A DNA stretch of 64,000 nucleotides, taken from contig CBDCOD010000017.1 in assembly GCA_965219665.1 (NCBI GenBank), positions 6,069 through 70,068 of the forward strand. Direction: 5' to 3'. This document shows, piece after piece, positions 17,106-25,800 of the stretch (positions within the stretch are counted from its first letter, which is position 1; every line of letters begins with the position of its first letter). The position numbers were made by a program, and so were the translations under genes. Below the pieces are notes generated by a model. It ran no database searches and was not told where the DNA came from. It was given only the letters and a program-made list of their open reading frames with translations. This stretch comes from Gammaproteobacteria bacterium. GTDB lineage: Bacteria; Pseudomonadota; Gammaproteobacteria; CAKMZV01.

Positions 17106-17837
17106 ATGCAGCGCACATCCACTCACCTTAAAAAAAACATCGCCCTCTCTAATCGGCTTATTTTCGCCTTAGACGTATCCAGCAACGCAGAAGCAAAAGC
17201 CTTAGTAGAAGAACTAGGCGATACCGTCTCTTTCTACAAACTCGGTTTGCAGTTTTTTATGAGTGGGCAATATCGAGAAATGATAGACTGGCTGCTTGCC
17301 AAAGACAAACAAGTATTTGCAGATCTCAAATTCTACGACATACCTCAAACCGTTCATCTGGCTGTTAAAGCCCTCAGTGACAGTGGCGCAACCTTTGTAA
17401 CTGTACACGGCAACGACGCCATCCTTCAAGCTGCCGTTGCAGCAAAAGGCAGCATGAACGTACTGGCAGTCACTGCCCTAACCAGTTTAGATGAAAGCAG
17501 TTTACAAGAATTAGGCGCAGGAACCAGCCTAAAAGACATCGTCCTTTCTCGCACCCAAACCGCGATTGCCGCTGGCTGCTACGGCGTTATTGCCTCAGGC
17601 TTAGAAGCCGCTGACTTACGCGCCGCATACGGCAACGACTTTGCTATCATCACTCCCGGCATACGCCCCGTAAATCAAAAAGATGACCAAAAACGCTCTG
17701 TTAGCGTAGAACAAGCCTTTAACAATGGCGCAGACTACATTGTCGTTGGCAGACCCATCAGAGACCACCACGGGCACCCCTCACGCAAAGCCGCTGCTGA
17801 AGCCATTCAACAAACCATATCCTCTCTATTTTCATAA
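17106..17837 (+). CDS. pyrF: Orotidine 5'-phosphate decarboxylase
   Basis: LIFALDV...SFYKLGLQFF...DLKFYDIPQTV...TVHG...VVGRPI motifs. Confidence 0.95.
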   Translation: MQRTSTHLKKNIALSNRLIFALDVSSNAEAKALVEELGDTVSFYKLGLQFFMSGQYREMIDWLLAKDKQVFADLKFYDIPQTVHLAVKALSDSGATFVTVHGNDAILQAAVAAKGSMNVLAVTALTSLDESSLQELGAGTSLKDIVLSRTQTAIAAGCYGVIASGLEAADLRAAYGNDFAIITPGIRPVNQKDDQKRSVSVEQAFNNGADYIVVGRPIRDHHGHPSRKAAAEAIQQTISSLFS

Positions 17838-17863
17838 CCCAAAAGCCATAAAACCACAGTCTG

Positions 17864-18757
17864 ATGACACACTACATTGGGCGATTTGCGCCCTCACCAA
17901 CGGGTCGCCTACACTTTGGATCACTGGTCAGCGCCATAGCCAGTTTTTTAGACGCACGCGCCTGCCAAGGGACATGGCTCCTCCGCATAGAAGACATTGA
18001 CCCCCCGCGCATAGAAACAGGAGCTGCCGACAGCATCTTAGCCACTTTAGACGCCTACGCACTCCACTGGGACGGAACGCCCACCTACCAAAGCCAGCGC
18101 TTAGAACACTATCACCACCACCTACAGCAGCTACATGATGCAAGACGCACCTACTACTGCAACTGCAGCCGCCGAACCATTCGTGAACAAGGCGGGCACC
18201 TTGACAACCACTGCCGTCAAGCCAACAACACCACCGGCATCATCCGCCTACACACACAAGGCAGCATAAACTGGCATGACGGTATTCAGGGACCACAGCA
18301 ACGCTGCTTTGATACACAAGGCGACTTCATCCTAAAACGCCGTGACGGCTTCTTTGCCTACCAATTAGCCGTAAGCGTTGACGACGCTCTCCAAGGCATA
18401 ACCCACATTGTGCGCGGCAGTGACCTACTCTCCTCAACCGCCATGCAAATCTATCTGTTACAGCAATGGGGATACACCATCCCACACTACGCACATAGCC
18501 CCACCATCATCAATCGCGAAGGCAATAAACTCAGCAAACAGCACTTTTCACCCACGCTCTCCATAGAGCCCAACGCCATCCGCAAAAACTGGATAAAAGC
18601 CCTACATCACTTGGGGCACTCTCCGCCACAATCCCTCACACACCAAACCATAAACGCTATTAAAGACTGGGCAATCACGCACTGGTCTCTCTCTGCAATA
18701 CCCGACACCCTACAACAAGCAGAACACAGAAAAACGCCGAACAGCGCCGCCCCTTAA
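17864..18757 (+). CDS. gluQ: Glutamyl-Q tRNA(Asp) synthetase
   Basis: YIGRFAPSPTGRLHFGSL (HIGH-type), LLRIEDIDPPR, a truncated GluRS-like catalytic domain (297 aa) and a KLSKQ motif. Confidence 0.9.
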   Translation: MTHYIGRFAPSPTGRLHFGSLVSAIASFLDARACQGTWLLRIEDIDPPRIETGAADSILATLDAYALHWDGTPTYQSQRLEHYHHHLQQLHDARRTYYCNCSRRTIREQGGHLDNHCRQANNTTGIIRLHTQGSINWHDGIQGPQQRCFDTQGDFILKRRDGFFAYQLAVSVDDALQGITHIVRGSDLLSSTAMQIYLLQQWGYTIPHYAHSPTIINREGNKLSKQHFSPTLSIEPNAIRKNWIKALHHLGHSPPQSLTHQTINAIKDWAITHWSLSAIPDTLQQAEHRKTPNSAAP

Positions 18758-19509
18758 ATCAAATCAAACAACAATTTGACAATAAAAACACTAAGCACCA
18801 CATTCAGCACCCATCTGATCCACTTCTCCCCTTTTTTAACCGATGTCTGCGCGCCCAGATAACCTCCGATACTCGTCCCCACAGCTAATACACACCCCGC
18901 CAACCACAACACATCAACCTGTGTAGCAAAAACCATAAGCGCAGCAACGGTATATACCAACACCACCGTCACCTTATACATATTCGTACGCACCAAATCT
19001 AAGCCCATCACCTGATTCAATATAGGCATCAAAATAAAACCAACCCCTATCTGAATAAAGCCCCCCCAGAACCCCGCACCAATCATACACACATGCCCCC
19101 AAAACAACCGTTTGGGCTCGCCCTGATGATCCACTGCCTTATACGTATTACCAAACGCAGTAACCAGCATCACCGCAACCATCACCGTTATTAACACCAC
19201 ATTAAACCAAACCTCATCCAAGCGCACCCCAACCTGCGCCCCCCCCACTGCACCAATGGTAGCGCACAATGCCAACGTAGCGCTCAGCCGAAAATCAGCT
19301 AAACCATTACGCCAAAAACCGATTACTGCAGACAGATTTTGAAACAAAATACCAATGCGATTTGTGCCATTGGCTACTGGGGCAGGAACCCCCATAAACA
19401 GCATAATAGGCACAGTCAATAACGACCCACCCCCTGCCATCACATTCAACCAACCAGAACCAACGCCAACCAACGCCAGCAAACCCAACTGCCACCACTC
19501 TAACACCAC
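18754..19509 (-). CDS. TauE/SafE family sulfite-exporter-like permease
   Basis: Polytopic, with the GGGSLLTVP motif. Start reassigned to GTG 19509 (GGAG 7 nt upstream, 251 aa), because the track's ATG at 19590 lies inside rnpB. Stop codons of gluQ and this gene overlap. Confidence 0.8.
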   Translation of the reverse strand: MVLEWWQLGLLALVGVGSGWLNVMAGGGSLLTVPIMLFMGVPAPVANGTNRIGILFQNLSAVIGFWRNGLADFRLSATLALCATIGAVGGAQVGVRLDEVWFNVVLITVMVAVMLVTAFGNTYKAVDHQGEPKRLFWGHVCMIGAGFWGGFIQIGVGFILMPILNQVMGLDLVRTNMYKVTVVLVYTVAALMVFATQVDVLWLAGCVLAVGTSIGGYLGAQTSVKKGEKWIRWVLNVVLSVFIVKLLFDLI

Positions 19510-19545
19510 AACCCCTCTCCTACAAACAACACATACTAAAATCAA

Positions 19546-19909
19546 AAAAGCGAGCCGATCTATAAGCCGGGTTCTGTCATGAGCAGTCATTCATCTTGGC
19601 AAGCGTGTCACCACGCTGCTCTGCGCGAACTACCCGAAAGTCATGCGGGCAACATGTTGTATCCGAAGACACGTACTTTCCTATTTGTCTTGCTCCAGAT
19701 GGGGTTTACCCTGCCACTGCTGTTACCAGCAGAGCGGTGCGCTCTTACCGCACCATTTCACCCTTACCATTCACTACCTAAATAAGCTATGGCGGTATAT
19801 TTTCTGTGGCACTTTCCATCAGCTCACACTGTCCAGAAGTTATCTGGCATCTTGCCCTATGGAGCCCGGACTTTCCTCTGCGTACAGCGACTGCTTAACC
19901 GACTCGCCT
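19546..19909 (-). ncRNA. rnpB: RNase P RNA, bacterial type A
   Basis: The reverse complement contains GAGGAAAGUCCGGGCUCCAUAGGGCA, GGUAAGGGUGAAAUGGUGCGGUAAGAGCGCACC, GGUAAACCCCA and ACAGAACCCGGCUUAU, near-identical to the E. coli M1 RNA conserved regions. The 5' GCGAGUCGGUU pairs with the 3' GAUCGGCUCGC (P1). A T-run follows the 3' end. Ends are accurate to about +/-4 nt. Confidence 0.95.
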
Positions 19910-19913
19910 CACC

Positions 19914-19942
19914 ATTATAAAGGCAATGACTGGGAGGCTGAA
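19914..19942 (-). promoter_or_regulatory. Candidate sigma-70 promoter of rnpB
   Basis: Perfect TATAAT (19919 to 19914, minus sense) 6-7 nt upstream of the predicted mature 5' end. Weak -35 TTCAGC at a 17-bp spacing. Confidence 0.45.
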
Positions 19943-19993
19943 TCTTTACCGAGCATGCAAATGAGTTGCGTTCATCCTACCAATGGTGCTAAA

Positions 19994-20466
19994 ATGAAAC
20001 AACTTGTGAACGAATTTTATGGTAACTGGACACTATGTGTGCGCCCACAAAAACAGCAACACTGCTTAAAAGTGCTATCCTTTGCCAGCACAGGACTACT
20101 TGCAAATAATCTGATTACAGTTGATTCCGACCCCAATTTACACACTGTCGTCGTTGCTGGATCGCAGCAAAACCTTGGAGAAACAGTCGCTCCCTCCTCA
20201 ATAATCCAAAGCATCTTTAGTTACCCCTTTGACAATGTCCTAAGCTATCGCATCACCACAGGCAACAATCTATTTGCCATAGATCGCACCAGGCACCCAC
20301 TACTACCCCACCTGCTACTAACGGTGGCGGTAGTGGTGGCGGCAGCCGTCGCCGCAGCGGCGGCAGTGGTGGCTGTAGTCTGCACCATACGGCAACAACC
20401 GATTGGGTGCTCTGGCTACTCGTGCTGCTTAGTGTCGTTGCCTTACGCCGACGACGCTACAGTTAG
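19994..20466 (+). pseudogene. Frameshifted small ORF: cadherin-like module, Pro/Thr-Gly/Ser linker and GGC-type C-terminal sorting tail
   Basis: Frame 2 from ATG 19994 reads MKQLVNEF...NVLSYRITTGNNLFAIDRT. Near 20290-20310 the sense continues only in frame 1: APTTTPPATNGGGSGGGSRRRSGGSGGCSLHHTATTDWVLWLLVLLSVVALRRRRYS, then stop at 20464-20466. A strong terminator follows. The frame 1 segment has no start codon of its own (stop at 20230-20232). No Sec signal peptide is evident. Confidence 0.5.
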
Positions 20467-20551
20467 CGTTACTTGCCGCCACGAGCGTACAACAATCTGT
20501 GCAGTCCACCACCAGTACCACTGGTTAAAAAACCTGCTTAAAAACCTTGTT

Positions 20552-20584
20552 ACACTGCCCCCAGAGGGCAGTGTTTGTTTTTTT
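20552..20584 (+). terminator. Rho-independent terminator
   Basis: 9-bp GC-rich stem ACACTGCCC / GGGCAGTGT, 5-nt loop, then TTGTTTTTTT. It lies 85 nt after the sorting-tail stop codon and 27 nt before the glcB ATG. Confidence 0.75.
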
Positions 20585-20610
20585 ACTGTTTATATTGAAA
20601 TTGTAATACT

Positions 20611-22788
20611 ATGAAAAATTCTGCTGTTCAAATCGCTAATGTATCCGTTTGCCAATCATTATTTGAGTTTATCAACAATGAGGCATTACCCAATACGGGC
20701 ATTGAGAGTGCCCATTTTTGGGAACAGTTGAGCGTAATTGCCACTGATCTCCTCCCTGAAAATCGAGCGTTACTTGCTAAGCGCAACGCCTTACAGCAAC
20801 AAATAGATGCGTGGTATCAACAAGGAGGCACAGACCCTGTAGCGCATAAGGAATTTTTACAGTCTATTGGCTATTTGAGCGTAGAGCAAGAGGATGATTT
20901 TTGTGTAGATACAGCGCATGTGGATTATGAGATAACCGATATTGCAGCTCCCCAATTGGTCGTTCCGGTCAATAATGCACGCTATGCCCTGAATGCAACC
21001 AATGCGCGCTGGGGCTCTTTATATGATGCTCTGTATGGTACCGATGTTATTGATGAGCACGATGGTAAAGAGAAAGGGAGTGCATTCAATCCTAAACGGG
21101 GGCATGCTGTTACCGAGTATGTGATGCGCCTGTTGATAGAATGGCTCCCTTTGCAGCATGGTACGCTGGCAGATGCTACTGCTTTTTATGTACACAATGG
21201 TGCGCTGCATATTACTGTAAATGGCAAAATAACGCAGTTGCACGATGATGCTGTGTGGGTAGGCTATCAAGGGAAGGCTGATAGTCCATCAGCATTGCTT
21301 TTTAAGCATCATAACTTGCATATTGAGCTGCTGTTTGATAAGAGCCACCCTGTAGGAAAAAGGAGTCCTTGTGGGCTAAAAGATGTTGTATTAGAGTCCG
21401 CTGTTACGACTATTCAGGATTGTGAGGATTCTGTTGCTGCGGTAGATGCAGAGGATAAAGTGCTTGTATATCGAAATTGGTTAGGGCTTATGCTAGGTAC
21501 CTTAAGCGAGACAGTGCATAAGAATGGTATACCAGTTGAGCGTACCCTCAATCCGAATAAGGCATATAGTGCACCTGATGGCTCACTATTTGAGCTAAGC
21601 GCGCGCTCCTTACTTTTGTGCCGTAATGTGGGGCATTTAATGACTAATCCTGCTATTATCATGGCAGATGGGTCCGAAATACCCGAGGGGATTATGGATT
21701 GTATGGTGACTGCATTATGCGCCTTACATGATTTAACGAATAGACGAGTTAATTCACAAGCGGGCAGTATGTATATTGTTAAACCCAAGATGCATGGACC
21801 TGAGGAGGTGGCTTTTGCTGTCAAATTGTTTGGGCGTGTTGAGCGCGCTTTGGGACTGGCAGAGAATACGCTCAAAATCGGCATTATGGATGAAGAACGC
21901 CGCACAAGCATTAACCTCAGGGCCTGCATTCGTGCAGCAAAATCGCGCATTGTATTCATCAATACAGGGTTTTTAGATCGTACCGGAGATGAGCTACATA
22001 CTGCCATGTATGCAGGCGCTATGCTGCCTAAAGGCGATATGAAAGCAGCTACATGGTTGCAGGCATACGAGAAAGCAAATGTTATTGTTGGCTTACAGTG
22101 TGGCTTGCCCGGACATGCACAAATAGGCAAGGGTATGTGGGCAATGCCTGATGAAATGGCGCGTATGATGCATGATAAAGTCGGACACCCCGCATCAGGA
22201 GCTAATACCGCGTGGGTCCCTTCTCCTACAGCAGCCACCTTACATGCTATTCACTATCATCAGGTGGATGTGCTTGCCGTTCAGCAACAGTTAATGCAGG
22301 AGTGCTTAACATACCCTTTGGATGCGCTTTTGACGATACCTATTTTGAATACTGTGCCCAGTTCTGAGGCTATAGCGCAAGAGTTAGATAGCAATTGTCA
22401 GAGCATATTGGGCTATGTAGTACGCTGGATTGATCAGGGCATTGGATGCTCTAAAGTGCCAGATATTAACCATGTGGGCTTGATGGAGGATCGTGCTACC
22501 TTACGTATTTCTTCACAGCTACTTGCAAACTGGCTGCTGCACGGCTTGATTACTAAGGAGCAAGTTAGCAATGCTATGCAGCGCATGGCAGCGGTAGTAG
22601 ATGCACAAAATGCACATGATGCTGCCTATACGCCAATGGCTCCTGAATGTGATGGTCTAGCGTTTACTGCAGCTTGTACATTGGTGTTTAATGGCGCTAC
22701 AGTGGAAAACGGCTATACAGAGCCTGCTTTACATCATTTTCGCTTGCTGAAAAAAACGGAAAATACATCTGCCTCAACAGCAGAGTAG
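20611..22788 (+). CDS. glcB: Malate synthase G
   Basis: 725 aa, collinear with E. coli GlcB features: N-terminal F.NNEALPNTGIESAHFW, then IVKPKMHGPEEV, GIMDEERRT and NTGFLDRTGDE. Confidence 0.95.
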   Translation: MKNSAVQIANVSVCQSLFEFINNEALPNTGIESAHFWEQLSVIATDLLPENRALLAKRNALQQQIDAWYQQGGTDPVAHKEFLQSIGYLSVEQEDDFCVDTAHVDYEITDIAAPQLVVPVNNARYALNATNARWGSLYDALYGTDVIDEHDGKEKGSAFNPKRGHAVTEYVMRLLIEWLPLQHGTLADATAFYVHNGALHITVNGKITQLHDDAVWVGYQGKADSPSALLFKHHNLHIELLFDKSHPVGKRSPCGLKDVVLESAVTTIQDCEDSVAAVDAEDKVLVYRNWLGLMLGTLSETVHKNGIPVERTLNPNKAYSAPDGSLFELSARSLLLCRNVGHLMTNPAIIMADGSEIPEGIMDCMVTALCALHDLTNRRVNSQAGSMYIVKPKMHGPEEVAFAVKLFGRVERALGLAENTLKIGIMDEERRTSINLRACIRAAKSRIVFINTGFLDRTGDELHTAMYAGAMLPKGDMKAATWLQAYEKANVIVGLQCGLPGHAQIGKGMWAMPDEMARMMHDKVGHPASGANTAWVPSPTAATLHAIHYHQVDVLAVQQQLMQECLTYPLDALLTIPILNTVPSSEAIAQELDSNCQSILGYVVRWIDQGIGCSKVPDINHVGLMEDRATLRISSQLLANWLLHGLITKEQVSNAMQRMAAVVDAQNAHDAAYTPMAPECDGLAFTAACTLVFNGATVENGYTEPALHHFRLLKKTENTSASTAE

Positions 22789-22820
22789 CCCTCTTTAAGA
22801 AAAGCGGTATTTTTATTACT

Positions 22821-25800
22821 TTAGATTTGAGTCTTTCTACTCATCTTCACAGTAGATAGATGATAGCGGCGGCGAGAAAGTAGTATTTTAAGCAGTGCGA
22901 GCAAGCAGAGCAGCAGTAAAGATGGGTCATAATCGCTGTCCAATATCAAGGCACAGCCACCACTTTCTTCACTTGAACGACTGTCTAAAACAATAAAGAC
23001 GTCTGTGTTTGCAACACCTACTAAGGAGAGAACATTGCCATTTAATCCCTTAGCTCTATCGTACGATCCAGCATTATAAGCGTCACTATCATTGATACCG
23101 CCATCTGTAATGCGAACAAGAATACACCGATTACCGCTGGTTAGTCCAGAAGAGTACAGTCCACTATCTGCCTCAGGGCAACTGCCATTGGCTAAGAGTG
23201 GTGCGCTGGATGTGGCATCACCTTGACTGGTGTCAAAATCGCGCCAACCTATTCCCAGTAGATACGTTCTTAACACTAAGGAGCCATTGGGTAGCTGGCT
23301 AGGTAAGCGAATTGTGGCTAACGCAATGCTACCAACATGACGAAGGCCTGCCATTTCCATGTCAATTAAACCTGTTCTATATTCAAATACGGGGTCTGCT
23401 ACATAGCCTGTTCCTCTACCTAAGCCGTTTAGGCTCTCAATGCTTTCTTCTGTTAGCACCAGCCCTGTAGAGAGTGCCATAGAGCGCGCAAAATAACCAG
23501 AGCGCGCAACGTTCTGTGACTCACTTAGTCTGTACGATGCGCTCTCAGTCCATATGATACGACGAATACTGGTACTCTCTTGTATTTCATCAGGCAGGCC
23601 GTCTTGCTCTGAGTCAATCAGTTGACTCACCTCTATTTGATTTGGCAGCACAGTCAATACCAGACTACCTCTGGACGCGGCAGTGATACCCTGAGCACTT
23701 CTACGGTGCACACTCACTGTAACTTCATATACACCCTCTGCAAGATTGCCAGGATTAAATATTATGCGCTGGCAAGATCCATGACCAGAACTCAGTAGGC
23801 CACCATGGCTTTCATGATGCGAGAGACAGAGTGCACTACCTGTTATGCGAGATACTATTTCTGTGGTTCCTATGGACCAGTCCAAGAAGGTCTGCGCTGA
23901 CTGCCAGCCACCTAAGCGGGCGGTTATCGTAACCGTTCCACCACCTGCTCTTATGGCTCGAACCTTGCCATTGCCGTTGCCTTCTTGGAATAGTTCTAAC
24001 CAGACTACTGGTTGGTTGTGGATTTGTGGATTTGTGCCGTCTAAAATTTCTTGCCCATCTCCGACACCATCGCCGTCTAAGTCACTATTAAACTGCGCAT
24101 TCACCACCCCTAAGCCCTGCAAATAGAATTCTACAGCGTTGCTTAAACCGTCGGTATCACTGTCTGCTGCACCGTTACTTATAGGGCTATTTGCATTGGT
24201 CCGAGAGTACCCTTGGCGCACTTCAATAATATCGGGCAAACCGTCACCATCTGTATCTGTTTCAGCTGTTAAGCCAGAGTTTGAGCTACAGCTGATGTTA
24301 TCAGATGGTATCGCTGGATTTGCATCCGCACAGCCAATCAGGGTCTCTATCGTATCAGGAATACGATTTCCGTTGATGTCTGTTTCAATATCTGCCTCAT
24401 GTGGATTGAGGTTGTTAGCAACTTCAAATACGTCTGGATAACCGTCAGCATCAGCATCACTTATGGCACTGACGCCCGTTATGCCAATACTGGCAAGATA
24501 GCCTTCAATCGCATTAGTAATACCGTTAGCATTACTATCACCTGCTCCATTCAAATACGGAGAGTCTGCATCGTTTATACCATTGGATAGAATATACTCT
24601 AAACCATCTGGCAGACCATCACCATCCGAGTCAAACGCTCCATCAGGAATGCCGTCATTGTTGCTATCTGCCACATTGCCAGCGCCTCGTTCTTCAAAGC
24701 GATTTTGTAGGCCATCGCCATCTGAATCCTCTACGTGATCAAAGACACTATCAAGATCTGTATCACGGTTATTTGGCGCAGTATTGAACTCCCGCAACTC
24801 TAAAATATTACTTAAACTGTCACCATCTGCATCTTCATCTGCATCGCTTAGCCCATTGTTATTTGTATCGCTTAGAGTGGCTGAGGTATTTGTTAGGTAG
24901 AATTCTTCACCGTCTGTCAGACCATCGCCATCAGTATCAGCACGATATGGATCAGTGCCTATCTGAACCTCTTCCAGATTAGTGAGCCCGTCTGAGTCAA
25001 AGTCTTCGGCACCATCATTTATACCGTCATTATCTGTGTCAGGGTCTGTGGGTAAGGCCGTAAGCGTTATGGCACGTGAGGTGGATGCAAATATATTCCA
25101 TTCAGCCCCATCGGATAGACCATCACCATCTGTGTCAGGATTTCTGGGGTTAATGCCCAAAAATAATTCAAACCCATCGGACAGACCATCATCATCTGTG
25201 TCTCCATTATGGTCTGAAATAATACCGGTTGCTGCATTGGAAGCGAGTAGGCTAAGCACGCTATCGCCTACAGCAGAAATAACGACGCTTTCTGTACTTT
25301 CGTCATTGCTATCTCCCAAAACGTCAAAACTAATGAGTGCACTACTGCTGCCTTGCTCTATGGTAGCAGAGTGTACGGTTGTGTAGTCGGCGCCCGCAGT
25401 AGCAGTTCCTGTGGTAATAATAGTGAAGTCAATTGCATTCTGAGTAAAGTTGAGGAATGGTATGGATACCTCTGCCTGTAGTGGAACGCCTTGCAGTTGT
25501 TCCTCAAACCCTGGCTCTACTCCGTGCTGAACAATAGCAACAGTAACTGGAATATGTGCTAAAGCCTCATTATCTATAATGATTACAGTCGCTGAGGATG
25601 TGAGGTTTATATCATCAATAATTGAATCAAATTCACTGGGTTGCGGTATCATACTGATTGTGGTTAATCCAACCACTACAGTCTCCCTGCCCTCTAATAG
25701 GGTATCATCTAATATTTCTATTGCGAGGCTGGCTGTGCTACGCCCATCTAAGATGTCATAACTGGCAGCGCCAGATGATGTGTTGCCAAGCACAAAATCT

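Noticed and set aside
19579-19990. ORFs 19579-19785 and 19596-19781, and the 5' third of 19643-20614.
   Set aside because: They lie on top of the RNase P RNA gene (minus strand) and its promoter, so the open frames are chance translations of a structured RNA.
20326-20337. GGCGGTAGTGGT, which resembles the RfaH ops element (GGCGGTAGnnTG).
   Set aside because: The last two positions do not match, and it lies inside a run of Gly codons (GGT GGC GGT AGT GGT GGC). That coding content explains the resemblance.
19643-20614. A single 323-aa CDS as listed in the ORF track.
   Set aside because: - It runs through rnpB at its 5' end.
- It turns into an Ala/Val homopolymer-like stretch exactly where the other frame encodes a Gly/Ser linker plus sorting tail.
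- It then reads through a strong terminator hairpin into the glcB start.

The region is better explained as rnpB plus a frameshifted small ORF (19994-20466).
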